Source: the human T2T-CHM13v2.0 reference genome, Homo sapiens. Taken from it: 64,000 bases of DNA. Below, in pieces: positions 1 through 14,514 of this stretch. A program made the translations under genes and the position numbers. Position 1 is the first letter of the stretch; each line of letters starts with the position of its first letter. The DNA is taken from NCBI RefSeq assembly GCF_009914755.1, contig NC_060928.1. One strand, written 5' to 3'. The notes beneath the pieces are model-generated. The model did no database searches. It saw nothing but the letters and a program-made list of their open reading frames with translations, and was not told the origin of the DNA.

Positions 1-94
1 AGCTGTGTCTTAATGTGTTTTAAAAGCAGAGCCTTTATTAAACTACACCATACTATGTAAGCATTTTTGTATTAATGTTTGATTCAGCAGAAAG

Positions 95-335
95 GCAGTG
101 GGTGTGGTAGAAAAACAACCTTTGGAGCCATACACCACTGGGCTCAAATTCTCGTTACTTTCCACCCCTCTGATCTTGGGGAAATGCCCAAGCAATTAAA
201 AGAGAAGCCAGTCCTTCGGGGCTCTACCTATGAGCACTGTCTGCATATCCAGCCTGCAGATGATGAAACCTACTTTGTAGGGAAGAAGTGAGAATTAACT
301 GGTACAGAATCAGGCCTATAGAAATGATCAACAAT
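95..335 (+). mobile_element. MIR SINE, degenerate
   Basis: MIR-like order: gtgtggtagaaaa...tttggagcca...ctgggctcaaattct...gatgatgaaacctactttgtaggg. Confidence 0.5.
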
Positions 336-503
336 GGCTAACGAGTCAGAAGCTCATCTCTTTGCTGCAGTTGAAAGGAAGCTCATCCTTTTTAATCAAT
401 ACAGGCTGTGAAGGATTGCTTTTGATCTATAGAGTCACAATGAAGTTGGAATGGGGGCCATTTTGGCTATAGAGATCTTAGTTCTACAAAGGCAGCAAAG
501 AAA

Positions 504-559
<56 letters not shown>
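504..559. repeat. Compound (TG)n/(TA)n microsatellite
   Basis: tgtgtg...tatatgtgtg...atatatatat read directly. Confidence 0.95.
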
Positions 560-639
560 CATTAAGAATATTGGCAGGATCTAGCACAATTAAAAATGCA
601 CACTCCCTGACATGTGAGAGACTGGAATGCATATCTTTC

Positions 640-1060
640 TCCTCCCAGGGTGCCTCCTTGACAGTGGAAGCCAGGAAGCCACGCATTTCCCAGATTCCCT
701 TGCAGATAAGGTTTCAAGTGTGAATGAGATTCCATCAATCAGAAGTACCATATGAGATTTGGAAGGCAAAAAATGAAGCTGACATTTGCTCCTGCTGTAT
801 TTGTGGTCACTAGCTTTGTCAGTATCAAAGCTCACAGCATATAACATCCATTTTACTGGCACAGGATAATTCTGGAGCAGCAGTGGCTTCCTGATCATCA
901 CTGATTCCTGATCTTGGTGCTTCTTGATCATGGCTCTGTGGTGGTGGGATTCTGGGAGCTGACATCTGCAAGGCAACTTCCCAGTTAGGCAGCAGCTCCT
1001 TTGGTGGATCAGTCCAATAGTGTAACTTTGACAATCATTCCTGAAAGTTCAAACTTGAGT
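640..1060 (+). mobile_element. Ancient ERVL-class solo LTR (LTR33/LTR41/LTR16 group)
   Basis: catttcccagattcccttgcagataagg...ccatcaatcagaagt...gagatttggaaggc; a related copy lies in the opposite orientation at ~52040-52330. Confidence 0.5.
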
Positions 1061-1379
1061 CTTTACCCCCTGGAAAACATTTGATTCTCTGTAACTAAAT
1101 GTATGCTGATTAAATTCTCCAACCCATCTTCTGGGAATTTGGCCAACAGATATACCTATAATCCATATGTATGCAAAAATGCATGTATAAAATTCACTAA
1201 AGCATGGCTTTATATCAGGAAAGATTTGGAAATCACCTAAATGTTCATTAGTAAGGAATTGGTTAAATAATATTGTATCTACATACTTTAGCCCTATGCT
1301 GACAATTTTATTTTTTAAAAGAAAATATCTCTAGCTATACAGCTACAGAGAGATATTCCCAACACGATGTTAAGTACTG

Positions 1380-1945
1380 GTGCTAAATATTTTATTTTTT
1401 GCCTGGATAGCCACACCTACCACTCACAGCCCATATGCTTGGAAAATGATAACTCCACCCCTGGCTCTAAGGTGAGTCCTTCCTCGGCTCACATCTAATG
1501 AATTCATGTAACCCCATCCTTTTCTAAGGAGATTGGTTCCAATGGAGGCACATGACCCAATTCATGCCAATAAGATGTGAAAATTGTTGACTTGAGCCTC
1601 CAAGTGAAAAAACATTAAAATTAATGTTTTCTGGCTCTTCTGAGAGAACTTCAAGAAATAACTCTCTCTCTTTCTGCCTACATATGGACATGCAGGTATG
1701 TAGCCCTGGGGATGTTAACAAGTCATATGACAGCCAGGATGGGAAGCCAGCCTTAACAATAATAGCATGAAAGGCAAAGCAGACAGAGAGAAACCATATC
1801 TCTGATAACATAGTTAAGCCACTGAGTCAAATCCACCTTGAATCAAGCTCTTTCTCTGAACTTCTAATTATGTAGGTCAACAAATTCAGTTTATTATGCA
1901 GGGTAGTTTGGTTTTGGATTATGTGCAATGGAACTTATTCTATAA
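1380..1945 (+). mobile_element. MLT1 (K/J/L-type) MaLR solo LTR
   Basis: gattggttc...ggcacatgacccaattcatgccaataagatgtga...gccactgagtcaaatccaccttgaa...ttatgtaggtcaacaaattc. Confidence 0.6.
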
Positions 1946-2320
<375 letters not shown>

Positions 2321-2761
2321 CTAAAAATGAAAAAATTTTAAATACATATATACAAATGTACTTTATCATGTATAGAAAATTTTTAAGAAGATACACAAAA
2401 CTGTTCATTGTAGTGATTTCTGAGGAGTTAGGGAGACTTTTCATTATTTATCTTTTTATATTTGAACTTGTTTAATCAATTACATATATGACTTTAATAA
2501 TTCTACTTTTAAAATAGAATCATCTATTTTGCTCATAAAGAAATATCAACACACACACACACAAAAATAGCTTGGATCTATTTAATCATTGTCTGTGCAG
2601 GCAGAGGAAAGGAAAAGCTCCTCTTTAGGTGACATCATCTCTGCACTGGGAAGCAGGGGCCAGAGGCAAGTCAGGGTCTGTATCCCCCATAGCCAGGTGT
2701 CATTCAGGACATAGCAGCTGGCTTCAGGCTTCAGATGTAGAGTATACTCTCTCTATCATGT

Positions 2762-3142
2762 TTATCTGCATGATCTTATTTACATATGGAATTTTAAGAA
2801 GTCTATGTCATAGAAACAGAGAGCAGAAGAGTAGTTACCAGGAGCCAGAGGGGTGGAGAAATGGGGTTGGCCCAAGGGCTCGAACTTTCTGTTATAAGAG
2901 GAATACGTTCTGAAGAACTAATATACAGCATGGTGATTATAGCTAATAATAATGTATTACCTACTTGAAATTTGTTAGGAGAGTACATCTTAAGTATCAT
3001 CACCACAAAAAAAGGTAACTATGTTAATCAGCTTGATTGATTGTGGTAATTTCACAACATGTAAGTATATCAAAACATCATGTTGTACACTTTAAATGTA
3101 TGCAATTTTTATTTGTCAGTTATACCTCAATAAAGCTGGGGA
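2762..3142 (+). mobile_element. L1MB/L1MA-type 3' UTR fragment
   Basis: tacagcatggtgattatagctaataataatgtatt...tatatcaaaacatcatgttgtacac...ttatacctcaataaagctgggg. Confidence 0.8.
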
Positions 3143-3330
3143 AGATGTAGAGGATGCTGACTATCTATTGATAACATGCCGTGAGGTTTCATGGACCTCA
3201 TGCAATTAAGCTGTCCCTGCAAGAAATCTGGGGGCAATCTAAGAAGACCTGCCCTTGAGTTTTCCTTTCCCTATGCAGTTGAAGAACCTTTGCCTTTGGT
3301 CTTAGAGGCTTCTGGAGAAAGGCCAGTTGA

Positions 3331-3648
<318 letters not shown>

Positions 3649-5147
3649 CCATCACTTGTTTTTTACAGCATCCTCTTCATCTGCAGCAACTTCAGAGTAG
3701 ACAGGAAGAGGCACCTCTGGGCTCTTTATAAGGCTCTCCCTCCCTCTAAACGCCACGCAATCTTCACAGGAAAGCTTGCCTGGCTTTTTCCTCCCTCCCC
3801 GCCTGCATTCTGACTGCTCCCTTTACCTTGAATGTCATCACAGGTCGGCTTTCCTGGGAAGCAGGCTAAGGGACTATTTTTAAAATTATTACAATTTTTA
3901 AAAATCAGATGAGCCTATTTGTAAAACTAAAATGTAGAGAACAGACACACACACACGTCCCCATTCTGTCCCAGTTATAGAGTTCAAGGGACTAAGATGG
4001 TGGGACCCACAATTTCTAGTCACTGCACTTATTTTTAAAAGGAAGAAAAGAAAAAGAAGCCTAAATGATGCTATTATGGCGGCTAATTAAATTTCTTCTT
4101 GCTGTTACAATGCATTCATTTTTGAGGATCATTACTTTTCGTGTAGCTTCTCTCAAGAGCTTGGTTTAAGGTTTAAGTTAAGGAAACCGCAAGACAAGCC
4201 TTAAAGCCGCAGGCTGTGCATACATCCGCCCGTGGCAGTGTGCGCCCTGCGCAGGAGAACTCCTGCAAGAGAAAATGATGACCAAGCTGCCATTTCTTTT
4301 GAAGTACATGAAATGAAAAGGAAGGGGGGAACAGCTCTTCTTTTTATAGAAGGAGATCCACCGAGTTGATAGACAGGAGTGTGTTTGCATATAGCCTTTA
4401 GCTAATGTTCAAAATTCAGGGTGTTCATTTCCTATTTAATATTCATTTATTCCACCAAAAGACACGAGTTGCCCTAGATGTGCCAGGAGCTCTGACATAT
4501 GTAAGGGAAAGAGGGTAGAGAGTAGGTGAGGCTCAGAGACAGCTTTGGGGAAAAGGTAGCACTGCGCTGGCCCCAGGGGTGTGTGCTGGAGACAGGTCAG
4601 ACTGGAGCAAGGCAATCGTGCACACCTCTTCTCAATGCCACGTTCACTCCCATTTGGTTCATAATTTGAAATAAGCCATTGTGGGATTATTTCCACCACA
4701 GAAGTTGGCAAACACTACAATCACAGCTTCTTTTTCTCCCCTTCTGGAGAGCCAGTCTACCAGCTGCACACTGGCTGCACCTCATTTTCCAGATGAGAAA
4801 CTGAGGCAGAGACAGGAAGGATGTCTTATTCTTTGTCTTCCTTAGTCTACCAGCGCAGTGTTTACCACACCACAGATGCCCCATAAATATGTGTGACTAA
4901 CTAAAATGGGGGTATTCAAATTGCTTTCCTCCTTTTATCTAAGTTATTGATAAATACAACTAAAAGTGTAAAAGATAATGCAATTGTATTAAACCAAAAT
5001 GTAGCGGCAGAAACAAATAACCTAAACCTAAGAAAACATATCAAGTGTTACAGAAAAAATAAGTTGCTAGCATTTTCTGCTAGAGGGAGCTTTGATAACT
5101 TTTTGTTGTTATTTTCCTAACCAAATTAGACCCTTTTAAGATCTCGA

Positions 5148-5533
<386 letters not shown>

Positions 5534-6870
5534 TCACTACATAGACTTTTCAGGCACTGAACAAAGCATTACCCCAAAGTGAAATGGGTGCTCTGTGTAG
5601 CCAAATATTTAGGTAAAGGCCAAGTAACATCTCAGCAGATGATACCTGCAAGTTAAAACAGAAAACAAACCTGCCAACATTTGGAAATGTGTGTGGGCAA
5701 AAGCAAATAATAACAAATGTATGTTTTTCATTGGAAAATGATAGAAGTTGGATGTGAGCTTTGAATAATAAGGGAAATCCATCCTTAAATAGTCATTTTT
5801 ATTCTTATCTTTTTCAAAGTATCTAGAAAAAAATAAAGAATTAAAGAAAGCATATGTGATAAAGAGAGATAACACTCAATAACTACCACCAACACTGTAT
5901 GCAAATGCCCAATTGGAATCAAGTTACAAACAAAACTCTGTTCTGAACCCTCAGTGTACCCCTTACATTCTTCTGTCCACCACCCCCACGCCTCGTTCCT
6001 CCCACCCTCCACTCTGGTAGTGATGTGAATGCTGAAAAGTCAAGACTGGGTTAAGAAGGGACCAAAAAGAATGTTTTAGATGAAATCAGATGTGACCCCT
6101 GAAATCAAGAGCATTTGCAGAGCATGGTTTTAATTATGGGGGCTCAGTCAGCTTCCCAGTACCTGCCCTTGGCTGCAGCTTGGTGCACCTCTAAAAATCT
6201 GCATGGCCTGCCAGTCTGCCAGCAGGAAGGGTTTATGGCCTCTCACTCCATTAAAAAATAAATAAATAAATCAGAAGCCCCTGAGGCAGTCACGTGTTTA
6301 GAAGCAATGAAATTGCAACCTGTTTACCTCCTCTTAGACATTTAAATTCCCAGCCAAGGTACACCCTTATAAGCTACCATTAAACGTTATTGTGAAGGAA
6401 TTAGAATTTTTTGGCTCTGATGCAGTCTGACTTGCAGCATATGGCCCATCACCGAAACCCAGAGGCTCATCCTGTGTTTTTCAAGATCTCATAAAATTGT
6501 CCAGTTCTAATGGAAGGAAAGAGTTCTGCATCTTAAAAATCTATAGGTACCTCATTACAAGCTCAAGTTCTTTAAATGATACAGTCAGCGGAACTCTAAG
6601 GGCGAGGCCACTTCACAATGCAAAGGAAATGAAGTCCATAAATGTGGGAGTCTGGGTCTAATATCACTGGGGAAAAAAAAAAAAATTGTAAGTCACTGGA
6701 AGGAAAGACATAAGTAAGCTGAGGACTGAAAGCCAAAAAAATATATAAATAAATAAATTTAAAAAAAAATCCAGTCCATGGGGTGGGAAGGAGAATCTGA
6801 AAACATTTAGCTTTGAGAGAGAAGAGTGCTAACCATCAAAATTTTCCTCTTCAAATAGTTGAAGTGTTGG

Positions 6871-7271
6871 GGTAATGATTGATTTTAGGTGTCAACTGGT
6901 CTAGGTTATTGCTGTTTGCTCAAATGCCAGTCTAAATGCTGCTGCAAAGTATTTTCAAACAGTTATTAACATATAAATTAGTGGACTTTGAGTAAAGCAG
7001 ATTACCCTTCATCATGAAGATGAGCCTCATCCAATCAGATGAAGGCCTTAAGAGAAATGACTGAGATTCTCCAAGGAAAAAGGAATTCTACCTTTAGATT
7101 GCCTCAGGCTCAAGACTGCAAAATCAGCTTTTTCCTGGATCTACAGCCTGTTGGCCTGCCCTGAAGATTTCAGACTTGCCAGCTCCCATAACTGCAGGGA
7201 GGAAATTCCTTAAATTAACTCTCTCTAAATGCACATCCTGTTGGTTTCTCTGCAGAACCTTGACTAATATA
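6871..7271 (+). mobile_element. MLT2 (MLT2D-like) ERVL solo LTR
   Basis: ttttaggtgtcaact...gactttgagtaaagcagattaccct...cctcatccaatcagatgaaggcc...gaaccttgactaatata; near 5-bp TSD gttgg/gttga. Confidence 0.85.
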
Positions 7272-7309
7272 GTTGATATGTAAAGAAGAAAGAGAAAAGA
7301 GAACTAATG

Positions 7310-7480
7310 TTTGGTAGCATTTTATGATTTCCCATTCATCTCTTTTGTCCTGACAACAACCTTGTAAAGTAAGCAATTGTCCCATTTTCCAGATTAGAAA
7401 ACTGAGGCTTTGATCTTGCTGAGGATCATGAAACAAGTAAGCAGCGAATCTTACTTTCACTCAGGTTTATCTGTCTCCTA
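7310..7480 (-). mobile_element. MIR
   Basis: acaaccttgtaaagtaag...cccattttccagattagaaaactgaggct core. Confidence 0.7.
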
Positions 7481-8237
7481 TGCCCATCCTTTCCAGGACA
7501 TCACTCGGCCTCCCTACAAGGCTTGTTCTGAGTTATTCCAGAAGGCAGAGCAAGGCCTCATGCCTCCTATGTAGACAGGCTATCCTCAGAGAGAGAAGCC
7601 GGTCTGTAGAGAGAGGTCGAGATGGAAGAAAGAAAAGTCTTAACGACATTCAATGCCTTGACTTCGGTGCCTTCTGAAGCCAGCTCCATGCTGCCCCTTC
7701 ACTGCAGGTTTATGTTTTGATTTGGTTTGGTTTTTATCAGCTTTATTGAGGTATAGTTGACATACCATAAACTGAACATATTCAAAGTAAACAATTTGAT
7801 AAGCCTTGCATATATACATTTACGAGACCAATATCTGCAATCAAGATGATGAGCTTATCCACCTCTCTCAGAAGTCACTTTTGTGACATCTTTCTCCTGC
7901 CTGCTTCCAGCCCTTCTGCCAGCGACCACTGATCTGCTTCCAGCCCCTATAGATTAGTTTTCATTTTCTGGCATCTTATATAAATTGCATCATACAGTAG
8001 GTACTCTTTTTTAAAAATCGGTTTCTTTCATACAGCATAATTATTTGAAGATGCATGTAGTGTATGTATCAGTAAATGATTATTTTTTGTTTCTGAGTTT
8101 TATTTCATGGTATGGATATGTCACAGTCTGTGGATCTGTTCTTCTGCTAGTGAAAATTTGGGTTGTTTCCAGTTTTTGGCTATTGTAAATCAAACTGCTT
8201 ATGACCATTTATGTACGGGCCTTTATATGGATGTCTG

Positions 8238-8406
8238 CATGGGTTGGCAGACTGTGGCTTCTTGGGTGCTGCCTACAGACACAGCCACACGCACTCATTT
8301 ACGCCTTCATTTAAGATCTGTGGCTGCTTTTGTGCAACAATGGCAGAGTATGTAGCATTTTGGCTGGAAAGGCTGAAACATTTACTTTACAGTTTCCAAA
8401 CCCCTG
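8238..8406 (+). mobile_element. MER58A hAT-Charlie MITE inserted in the L1
   Basis: catgggttggcagact...acacagccacacgcactcatttacg...tggctgcttttgtgcaacaatggcagag...tttccaaacccctg. Confidence 0.75.
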
Positions 8407-9647
8407 CTTTTCTATATATTCCTAAAAGTAGAGTGACTAGACATGAGATAGGTGTTTGTTTAGCTTTTCAGAGAATGGCTAAACTGTTTTCCAAAGTTGT
8501 TACAATTTTACATTGCCACCAGCTTCATATGAGAGTTCCAGTTGCTCCATATCCTCGCCCAAACTTAATATGCTCATTCTTTTTAATTACATCCATTCTA
8601 ATAGGTGTGTAGTAGTATCTCATTGTGATTTTAATGTGCATTTCTGATAACTAATGATATTCAACCTCTTTTCCTGTGTTTATTTTCTGTCTCTATATCT
8701 TTTTGGGTGAAGTCTGTTTAAATATTTTTTCTATTTGAGAGAGGGAGTATTTATTTTATTATTATTGAGTTTTGAGCATTCTTTATATATTCTGAATGCA
8801 AGTGCTTTATTAGATATGTAATTTAGTAATATTTCCTCCCAGTTTGGGACTTGTCTTTTCATCTTCTTGTCAGGGTCTTTCACAGAGCAAAAGTTTTTAA
8901 TATTAATGAAAGCCAATTTATAATTTTTATTTTGTGTATTATGCTTTAGATGTTATGTTTAAGAAGTCTTTACCTTACCCAAGATCATAACACTTTCCTT
9001 ATGACTTTTATAGTTTGGGATTTTACCCAAAACTATTTTAAGAACTATTGAGAAATGATTAATTTTTAAAATGTGCACACGGATACCCAATTATTTCAGA
9101 ATCATTTGTTAAAAAGACTATCCTTCCTCTACTAAGCTGTTTCTGCACTTTTATTGAAAATACATGCGTAGGTCAATTTCTGGATTTCCTCTTTTATATC
9201 ATTAATCTATTTGTCTAAACTATCTTGATGCCAATACCACACTGTTGTTTACTAATGATTTATAATAAGTTTTGAAGCCAGGTAGTACAAGACTTCCAAT
9301 TTTGTTCTTCTTTTTCAGAATTATTTTAGCTATTCTAGGTCTTCTGCATTTCTATTTGAATTTTAGAATCAACTTATCAATTTCCACCGAAAATAAAAAA
9401 ACATGCTGGGGTTTTTATGGGAATTGTTGAATCTACAGATCAATATGGGAAAAATTTACATCTAAATAATACAAAATACTCAGATTCATGAACATGATAT
9501 ATCTTTCCATTTTTTATTTAGGTATTCTTTAATTTCTCTCCATGATGATTTGTAATTGTCAGTATATAGATCTTACAACCACAGGCTGATTGGGAACAAC
9601 TGTTCCCTTGCACTATAATGCAGGGTCACAAAATAAACAACACAACT

Positions 9648-9817
9648 TGTCATTATTTAAAATTTTGATATTTTACTCATCATAAATTTTTTGCATTAAT
9701 TTGAATATTTTAAAATAGTGCACTATAATATTATTTATCTTGATTACTGAGTTTTCAGTGCCTTAAATTTTGGGCCTGAAGTGAATGTTTCTTGTAACTC
9801 ACTCTCATCCCAGGACT
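9648..9817 (-). mobile_element. hAT-Tip100 MITE fragment (MER96B-like) inserted in the L1
   Basis: Reverse complement reads aaaatttaagg..aaaactcagtaatcaagataaataatatt...attaatgcaaaaaa..atgatga.taaaatatcaaaattttaaataa. Confidence 0.65.
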
Positions 9818-10058
9818 ACCTAAGTATTTCATAATTTTTGCACTAATGTTTTTAAATTTGAATTTTCAATTATTCATTGCTAGCACATGGAAATACAATT
9901 GATTTTTAAAATATTGATCTTGTATACTGCAGCCTACTTATTAGTTCTGGTACATTTGCTATAGATTTCTTTGGATTTTCTACATATTTGATCACATCAT
10001 CAATTTTCTGGAAGAGATTGAGTACAATTGGTATTATTTCACTCTTAAATATTTGGTA

Positions 10059-10471
<413 letters not shown>

Positions 10472-12295
10472 TTAGCCTGCTTTGGTAGTTTGTCTTTTAA
10501 GGAATGTGTCTATTTTATTTATGTTGTTGAATTAATTGGCATAAAGTTATAATATTCCTTTATTATCACTTTAATATGTGTAAAATCTGTTTTTATGTCA
10601 CCTTTCTCAGTTCTAATATTGGCAATTTTTAGTTTGTTTTTATCTCTTTTTGTTCCTGAACAGTCACCTTTCTTCTAGAACAAGAAACCCCAGTTTTTGA
10701 ATGCATTTTTCTAAATTGTTTTTCTGGTTTCTGTTTCATTCATTTTCACTCCAATCTTTAAATTATTTCCTTTTTTTCCCAACTTACACTGAGTTTCATT
10801 TGCTCTTTTTATTTTCTTAAGGTGAAAGAATATGAGACTTTCTTCTTTTCTACTATGCATAGGTGTTTAGTATTGTAAATTTCCATCTAAATACTGCTTA
10901 AGCTGCATCCCACAAATTTTAATATGGTGTGGTTTCATTTTCATTCAATTCAAAATAATATATAATTTCCCTTTTGATTTTTTTCTCTGACCCAGGAGTG
11001 TGTTATTTAATATATAATTATTTGGGAAATTTTTAGGTTTATATTTCTATTATTTATTTCTAATCTAATATCATGTCCAGGGATAATAGTTTGTATACAT
11101 TTAATCCAATTTATTGATACCTTTTTATGGCCCAGAGTATAGTCTATTTTGGTAACTATTCCATGTACACTTGAAAACAGTGTTAGTTCTATCATTATTG
11201 GGTGGAATGTTCTATAAAGTCAGTTAGGTCCAATTGGCTGCTAGTGTTGTTTAAGACTTCTATATTTTTATTAATTTTCTGTCTAGTTGTTCTATCAATT
11301 ACAGAGAGAAGATTGTTGAAAAATCTAATTTTGGATTCTTCCAATTCATCCTTCATTTCTAACAGTTTTTGCCTCGTGTATTCAAAGCTTTGTTGTTATG
11401 TGCACACACTCAAGATACTTCACTATGTTGGTAACTTTAAAAAGCCAGTTAGATAATCTTGTGCCCTCACCTTACACCTTCAAACATTGACAATCCTGAG
11501 ATTTTATCCTATTCCTATAGAAGTAGGAATAAACAGTATTTCTCCCAAATCAAATTGCTTCAGAAAACAATAACCAAGCACATTTTTAAAGCAGCATGTT
11601 TTCTTCCCCTTAAGGTACTTGAAATCTCATTGGAGAACCAAAACCATGGCACTATAGCAAACAATGAAAGGCCGTTTGTTACTAATAGCTGGGTCTGGCC
11701 CTGAAAAATTCTGCAGAATTCCAAAGAGGCTGGAGTTCAATCAGCACTGGGGCCTGTTGTCATGCGTTCATTCTTTTGTTTTCACACCCTCCCTTCTGTC
11801 CTCTCTTCCTCTCTCTGTCTCCCTTCCTTCCTTCCTTTCCTTCATTTTGCATTTACTTTGTACCTAATCCAAGTCCATTTCTTTGTCAGGAAGAGGATAC
11901 AGAGCTGATTCAAACAAAGTCCCTGACCTCAGAATATGTAAGAAGGGAAATTGGCTTGGAAGAAGTGAGACTTGAGTTGGCCTTGAAAGACAATAGCTGA
12001 AGGACATATTATGTATGATGAATAGAGCTGGTACGTTCATTATGAAATAAATTGTATAGTTGCCTGTAAAACTTGAAGTTTTAAAATCTTGTATTTTATT
12101 CTTGTTGATTAAAAACTAAAGGTGCTTTTTTGTTTGTTTTTTTTTCTGTCATCATCACATAAGGGGACACTAAATAGCAGGGAAATACATTCCTAATCAC
12201 AGAACCTATGAATAACCATTTAGAGATATTTTGGTAGTTTTCTAATTGTATTTCTTGTGTATTATAATCATTAAGTTTTGTGTGTATCCAGAAAA

Positions 12296-12619
12296 TTTTT
12301 TTTTCTCTTTCTTTCTCTTTCCTTCTTTCTTCTTTTTTTTTTTTTTTTTTTTTGACAGGGTCTTGCTCTGTTGCCCAGGCTGGAGTGTAACAGCACAGCT
12401 GTCTCACTTTTGGGCTTAAGGGATCCTCCTGCCTCAGCCTCTTGAGTGGCTGGGACTACAGGCATGTCCCATGACACCCAGCTAATTTTTAAATTTTGTG
12501 TAGAGACAGGGGCCTCACTATGTTGCCCAGGCTGGTCTCTAACTCCTGAGCTCAAGTGATGCTCCCGCCTTGGCCTCCCAAAGTGCTGAGATTACAGGCA
12601 TGAGCTACCATACCTGGCC
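12296..12619 (-). mobile_element. AluJ with pyrimidine-rich expanded tail
   Basis: gacagggtcttgctctg, ggatcctcctgcctcagcc, cactatgttgcccagg, ctcctgagctcaagtg (J diagnostics). Confidence 0.93.
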
Positions 12620-12892
12620 AGAATTTTCTATTTTCTATAATTTTTATCAGCATAATTGTTAAAATATTCTAACTGAATGTCTAAACAATAGTGTACTTTA
12701 AGTTCTCCCTGTTTTTTTATATCTGAATTGTTCACTTGCCAATATAAGCTGCCAATAGATTTTTATAAACTCTATATTTATGACTTTAGTGTTTTATAGG
12801 TGAAACAAACTTTTAAAGCTTATCAAGTACAACTGTCTCAATTTTCAGACAAGAAACTGAAGACACAGGTAATTGACTAAGTTCTCTCAAGC

Positions 12893-13016
12893 TACACTTC
12901 TCAAACTTTAATAAGTATGGAGATCATCTGAGGATTTTATTAGAATGCAGTAGGTCTGGGGTGAAGCCCAATATTCTGCATTTCTGATAAGCTTCCAGGT
13001 GGTGCAGATGATGCTC
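12893..13016 (+). mobile_element. MER5A-type hAT MITE, apparently inserted in a MIR
   Basis: cttctcaaactt...gtaggtctggggtgaagccc..tctgcatttctgataagcttccaggtggtgcagatgatgct. Confidence 0.65.
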
Positions 13017-13424
13017 AAAATATGCTTTCTGCCCCAGGCAAAGGTCTGGAATCCAAATGTGTCTATTTGCAAAGCCCCAGCATACTGAATACTGCCTCTC
13101 TGTTCCAGGTTAATGCTACAGTGGCTAACTAGGACCAATGGGTAGAAGCTTTCAAATGGAATTGAAATTTAACTTGATTTCTTAGTTTAGGGTGGCTTTT
13201 CTACCAGCCACTGGAGATATGTAAGCTCTGGCTGAACATCCAATAGGTGGAGACGTTTAATGGAAATTCAGCAATGGAGGGGAGCAGCCAGCATCTGCTG
13301 ACCTTGAAGGTCTTCCCAACTCCAAGGTTAGGGTTTTAGAAGTTATTATTGTCTATTCTGAATGTTGACCTTAACAGCTAGTTCCTCATCCGTTTAAGAT
13401 TCAAGGAGCCCTTTTCTGACAGAA

Positions 13425-13844
13425 TGTGATGGTTAATACTGTGGGTCAATTTGACTGGATTGAAGGATACAAAGTCTTAATCCTGGGTGTGTCTGTGTGG
13501 GTGTTGCCAAAAGGGATCAGTATTTGAGTCAATGGGCTGGGGAAGGCAGACCCACCCTTAATTTGGTGGGTACAATCTCATCAGCTTCCACCGAATATAA
13601 AGCAGGCAGAAAAACTGACATGAGAGAGACGAGACAGGCTTAGCCTCCAAGCCTGCATCTTTCTCTTGTGCTGGATGCTTCCTGCCCTTGAGCATGGGAC
13701 TCCAAAGTCTTCAGTTTTGGGACTCAGACTGGCTTTCCTTGCTCCTCAGCCTGCAGACAGCCCATTGTGGGACCTTGTGATCATGTAAGTTAATCTTAAT
13801 AAACTCCCCTTTATAGGTATATAGGTAGGTAGATGATAGATAGT

Positions 13845-13884
<40 letters not shown>

Positions 13885-13942
13885 GATAGAGATAGAGATA
13901 TCCTATTAGTTCTGTCCCTCTAAGAGAACCCTGACTAATACA
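13425..13942 (+). mobile_element. MLT2A (MLT2A2-like) HERV-L solo LTR, complete
   Basis: TGTGATGGTTAATACTG start, GAGAACCCTGACTAATACA end, perfect 5-bp TSD CAGAA (13420-13424 and 13943-13947). Confidence 0.93.
13822..13900. repeat. (AGAT)n tetranucleotide STR with AGGT/AGAGAT flanking units, inside MLT2A
   Basis: taggtaggtagatgatagatagttagatagatagata...gagatagagata. Confidence 0.95.
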
Positions 13943-14514
13943 CAGAAGTGGCATTGTCAGGCAGAAAAACCAGATGAAATTAGTCCTTTTTTTTTTTTTA
14001 ACCAGAGCAGTGGGGGTTAGAGACCCAGGCAGGAGACGGCCAGAGTTGTCACATGAAAGAAAATCCTCTCTCTCTTTTGGAAAAATAAAACCTCACATGT
14101 GAGAAATTTTCAGTAATATAATTTGCATTTGAAGAAAATGTCAGAATTATTTAACACAAGATGGGAAGCAAAAGTGAAAATGTAAATGATTGGGGTGTCT
14201 TTACAAAAGGGAGATAGTGTCACTTAGTACAGACACATTTCTCTCTGCAAGGGTTTCAAATGATAATGTTCTCCTTGAAACATGTTAAAAGTCTGAGTCG
14301 CAAATTTCAAATTGTCACTGCATGATGAGCTCTAGCATTAAAGAGAAGGAAAGATCTGCTTGTTTTTCATGCATGCTACATTAAAACTCCTGAAAATTCC
14401 CATTTGAGTTGTTGATTTTACTTCAGTTTTCCAAAAACTGGAGACCCTGCCTGGTGATAAGTAGGTGCATGGACAAGAGACAATGCCTTAGAGATCACCT
14501 TGGGCAGCCCATGA

